Shown here: in pieces, positions 60,481-64,000 of the stretch
How positions within the stretch are numbered: the first letter of the stretch is position 1
Layout of the letters: each line of letters opens with the position of its first letter
Assembly: GCA_973895155.1 (NCBI GenBank)
Contig: OZ316896.1
Span: forward strand, 14,191,542-14,255,541
Reading direction: 5' to 3'
Length of the DNA stretch: 64,000 bases
DNA from: Marsupella aquatica
Lineage: Eukaryota > Plantae > Marchantiophyta
Position numbers and translations under genes: made by a program
Notes under the pieces: model-generated
What the model saw: the letters and a program-made list of their open reading frames with translations, nothing else
The model's database searches: none
What the model was told of the DNA's origin: nothing

Positions 60481-63400
60481 TTATTTAGTTTTACAATATG
60501 AAACCAAAGGGGTTTTAACTATGTACATTTCTATCGATTGGTTTTTTCAAACTTGCAAACAATTAAAAAACACAAGCATTTTGATATAAAATACTGATAT
60601 ATCTTTGACAAACATCAGGATGGTAACTTTATTTTACTAAATGACATCTCTTCTTTTGTATTTTGGTTTTTTTACGTTTAATATTTACGGCATGGCACCC
60701 CAAAAATTATGTTGCTTTTGCCACAAACAGGAATGTGCACGTTTGTTATTGTTAAAAGTAGGATCGTTCCTGTTTGTGGCTGGTTGTGGTGATGTGGTGC
60801 AACCTCGTGGCAAAGAATTTGCAAGAGACTTCTCATGGGGGTCCGTAAATACCTTTCTCCAACCCTATTCATTTGCAAGATTGTGAGCAAAATTAAAATC
60901 TAGAAAAAGTGCCCGAAAGGAGAAAATGTGCCCGAAAGAAAATTATCACCGCGTCCAAACAAGACAAAACAAAAGAGGAACAAAACTCCATTTTTCTTTT
61001 TCCAGTCAAAACCCAATTTTTAAATTTTAAATTAGTAATTTAAATGTAAAAATAGTTATTATTTTTAACTCAATTTTTTATTTTGGACAGGCGAGGGCAG
61101 GCTAAATGGCAGTTTGGGGAGACACTTATTTTAAATGGGTGTATGGAAGATCTCTCAGGGTCAAAAAATAAATAAAAAATATGAAGGGTCATGATTGGTT
61201 CCCCATTTTTCTTCTTGCTTGGAAAACAACTGTGCACACCAAATATAATTCACTTTTGGTTTATTCTTTTGACTTTTTCAGTGTTTCAGTTTTTTCAGGT
61301 TTTCATTTTTTTCACTCAAAACAACACGCCAAATTTGGATGATGATCACTGCATTTTTTGGCGGAACACTGTACTATAGTTATTGGTATGTCATCTTAAC
61401 CTAATTTTCCTCATCCCTGCCCATGTATGCATGTCTCCCATTGTTGTGAATGCTCCCCTTAACGTACCTCTAGTAGCTTTTATTTTATGAATCTGAGGAT
61501 CATAATCATACATAGTGTATATCAAAGCCTACACATCAATTCCGCATTCCTCACATTTGTAAGCAGACAAAAGCCCAGTTTTGGTGGGCTAGCATATTAT
61601 AGTGGTCAATGGTACATCATCAGGTCCTGCTTGAACTATCTGCAAGCACGAAAAGGAATGGGGTTAATTTGCCTTCACCTGCATCAGAAAACTTGCGCGA
61701 TTGATCCACACTGATTGAGTGTTCCAAGTGCTGTGAGCCCATATCCAACACAGACGACGAGCTTGGAATTGAGCAATTTGTATGCTTTTTGCTCTTGTGT
61801 GTGAGCCTCAAGTTGTCAACCTGCATTCCAGTATAACAAGCTAGGCCAGCAAGGAAGAAAGGCAGTTGGACCACTGTAGTGGGTCTTCTCAATAAGCCTG
61901 AGAGATTTGTACTGTAGGTCTTTGCAATAAGCTTGAGAGGTTCAGACCTTTTGCCCACTTATTATAAACCCTTGGGTCCCACTTTCACTGCTACTGTTTT
62001 GGCCAAAGGGGTTCCTAAAAAAGAATTTCCCAAAGGGGTTACTATAAACTGTTTATTCCAAAGGCTGAGGAATAAAACCGCTCTTCCCATAGAAAATGCA
62101 ACCTAATGGATGACCTAAAACTTGGCATATTTTTGTAAAAAAAGTGACTAAGAATTTTTACAGAGGCTGAATCCAGCAAAATTTTGCCACTTTGGAGAAT
62201 GCTTATACACGCCATCTATCAGATGTACCTAAATATAAAATGTTATCATTTTGGGTTGTGCAAACAATATACCAAGTCAATGACCAAAGTTAATTGGTCA
62301 CAATAGACTCAAATCTGCATGGTTTTGACCACAAGGGGCCCCACCACCATTATGGGCCATTTCTTGGCCCCTTCAAAATAAAGAATTGAAGTCTGTTACT
62401 TAGGCCAATAATTATAAAGTTCTGGGCTCGACTAGTCTAGTATTTTTGGGGGTCCTTGCCTGGCCTGATGAAACCTAGGAATAATTTTGACATGTAAAGT
62501 TAAAGACTCTTCTAAGCATCTTGGTGAGACATTGACTTTTGAGTGTATACCTGGAGGGTCACTATATGGAGGGCCATACCAAAGGTTTGGATCATTTATG
62601 ACCACCTAAGTCAATATATAAAGCAATACAATGCAATCACATGATGACACATATGCATTTTGCAATTAAAGAACCTTATCTTTCAATTGACAACTTAATA
62701 AGTCTCCTGTCAAAACCATTTCACCCTATGTTTCATCGCATGTAGTATGTCACTTTTGTGGAAGTCACCCCCCCCCAGATGTATACATTGTTTTAAGATT
62801 AATGAAGGAAAACAGGATAGAAATAGTTTGGCCGTGTGTGAGGTGAGCCAATGGTGTATAAAATCTAACTATACAATCATGTTCAAAACCTACTACTCAA
62901 TGTTTGGCATTTACTCTTGGGTCCAGAATTACTATATAGCCTTAAAGCTAGTCTTGCAGGTAGCTTGAATCCTTTTATTCAAGTTATATTTAATTGAATA
63001 TTTATACACTATAGATACCTAGACCCTAAGCTATCTATTCTCAAGAGTGTGATGGAATCCAAGAGTTGTGTTGAAACTAACATTTCACCCCCTCCCTTCT
63101 TAACCAGAGCTCAAAGTTATGTTTCCTAAGTTTATGGTTTGAATAACTAAGTGTCACTAGCTATTATGAGAAACAAAGGAGAGGCCCACCTTGTTTTGGA
63201 AGGGGTCACAATAGTTTAGAAGCTAAACAATTGTCTTATAGAAAAATGGCATGTGGGGATAGAAGTGGGGCCAACACTTTGTAAAGGTACAAAAAATGCA
63301 CAACAAACGTTTACAGAATGGGCCAAACAGAGTACAAACGAACACACAAAAGAGGTCCAAAGTGGACAAAAACCAAACGCAAAAGAAATGAGCAATAGGG

Positions 63401-64000
63401 AACCCCTAAAAACCAAGGAAGTGCCAGAACCAAAACTAACCGGGAAACTAACACAAATGGACCGAGTCCTCATCACACCTAGCAAATGTGGCAAAAGTTA
63501 ATGGTCCACATCAAGTCTCAAAACAAAATTGGCAAGTGGGATGGAAATGTTTAGGGGGGCTACCTACCTTGGAGGCACACTAGCACCCATTGTGAGAGAT
63601 CAGCGATAGATGGCCTGAGCTTAAGCACTCCGTAAGGTGACTGCAATGCATTGGCAAAAGTGCATGATCAAAAGAGATAGTGGGGATCCGGTGCCACCCA
63701 TCCGGCCATGAATATCCTGAGCGGTCTGTCAAAGAAGCCCGTTGAACTGATGATGGAGACGCCCAAAGGTCTCAAGAGCAAGGGGGGCAAAGCTATCAGA
63801 TGAAGCTCATCCAACATATTTGGCCTCGTTGTCATTGCCGCTTGTGGTGCTGTTGCTCTGGCTGTTGTTGTCACTGTCCCGATGATGTCTTGGCGCAATG
63901 GGTTGCCACCAGTCCTCTACATCTGCCAATTTAAGCGTGTTGACCATCACGGACCATGGTAAGATCAACCCATAGCTGTTGTGGTGGAGGACCAGGTAAC

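Larger units (their letters stand above)
53533..63110 (-). repeat. Right arm of the inverted segmental duplication
   Basis: Reverse complement of 8962-14561, with extra segments 56674-57017, 57239-58721 and ~59420-62100, and a local duplication ~53728-53998. Confidence 0.9.

Noticed and set aside
63216-64000. ORFs at the window end
   Set aside because: Short, with no recognisable motifs and no second copy to test conservation.

Overview
Eukaryotic DNA with GT-AG introns, most likely from a non-seed land plant such as a bryophyte (inference), dominated by nested transposable elements. The backbone is a diverged inverted segmental duplication (8962-14561 vs 53533-63110). Each arm carries a tiny MGCGSSK-Gly-rich gene, and a short plant 'LRDAYVNxM' gene lies between the arms. 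The main candidate system is an 11.3-kb Mutator-like (MULE) element (36657-47971, TIRs, 9-bp TSD). It holds a degraded GCM/WRKY-like zinc finger-DDE-SWIM transposase and, head-to-head with it, an intact 5-exon gene (~1198 aa) with a ParB/Srx-like DGNHR motif and a divergent beta-class N6A/N4C DNA-methyltransferase-like domain. An 18-bp palindrome (GCTAGCGA-NN-TCGCTAGC) recurs in its introns, promoter and subterminal DNA. A second, broken relative lies at 14562-~24890. The window also has six copies of two related 3.9-4.7 kb TG...CA elements with one long Athila-ORF1/Transposase_32-like plus coiled-coil ORF but no gag-pol or paired LTRs, several solo LTRs (one ending AGT...ACT), two tRNA-type SINEs and a MITE. 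All domain calls are by-eye motif recognition; no searches were run.
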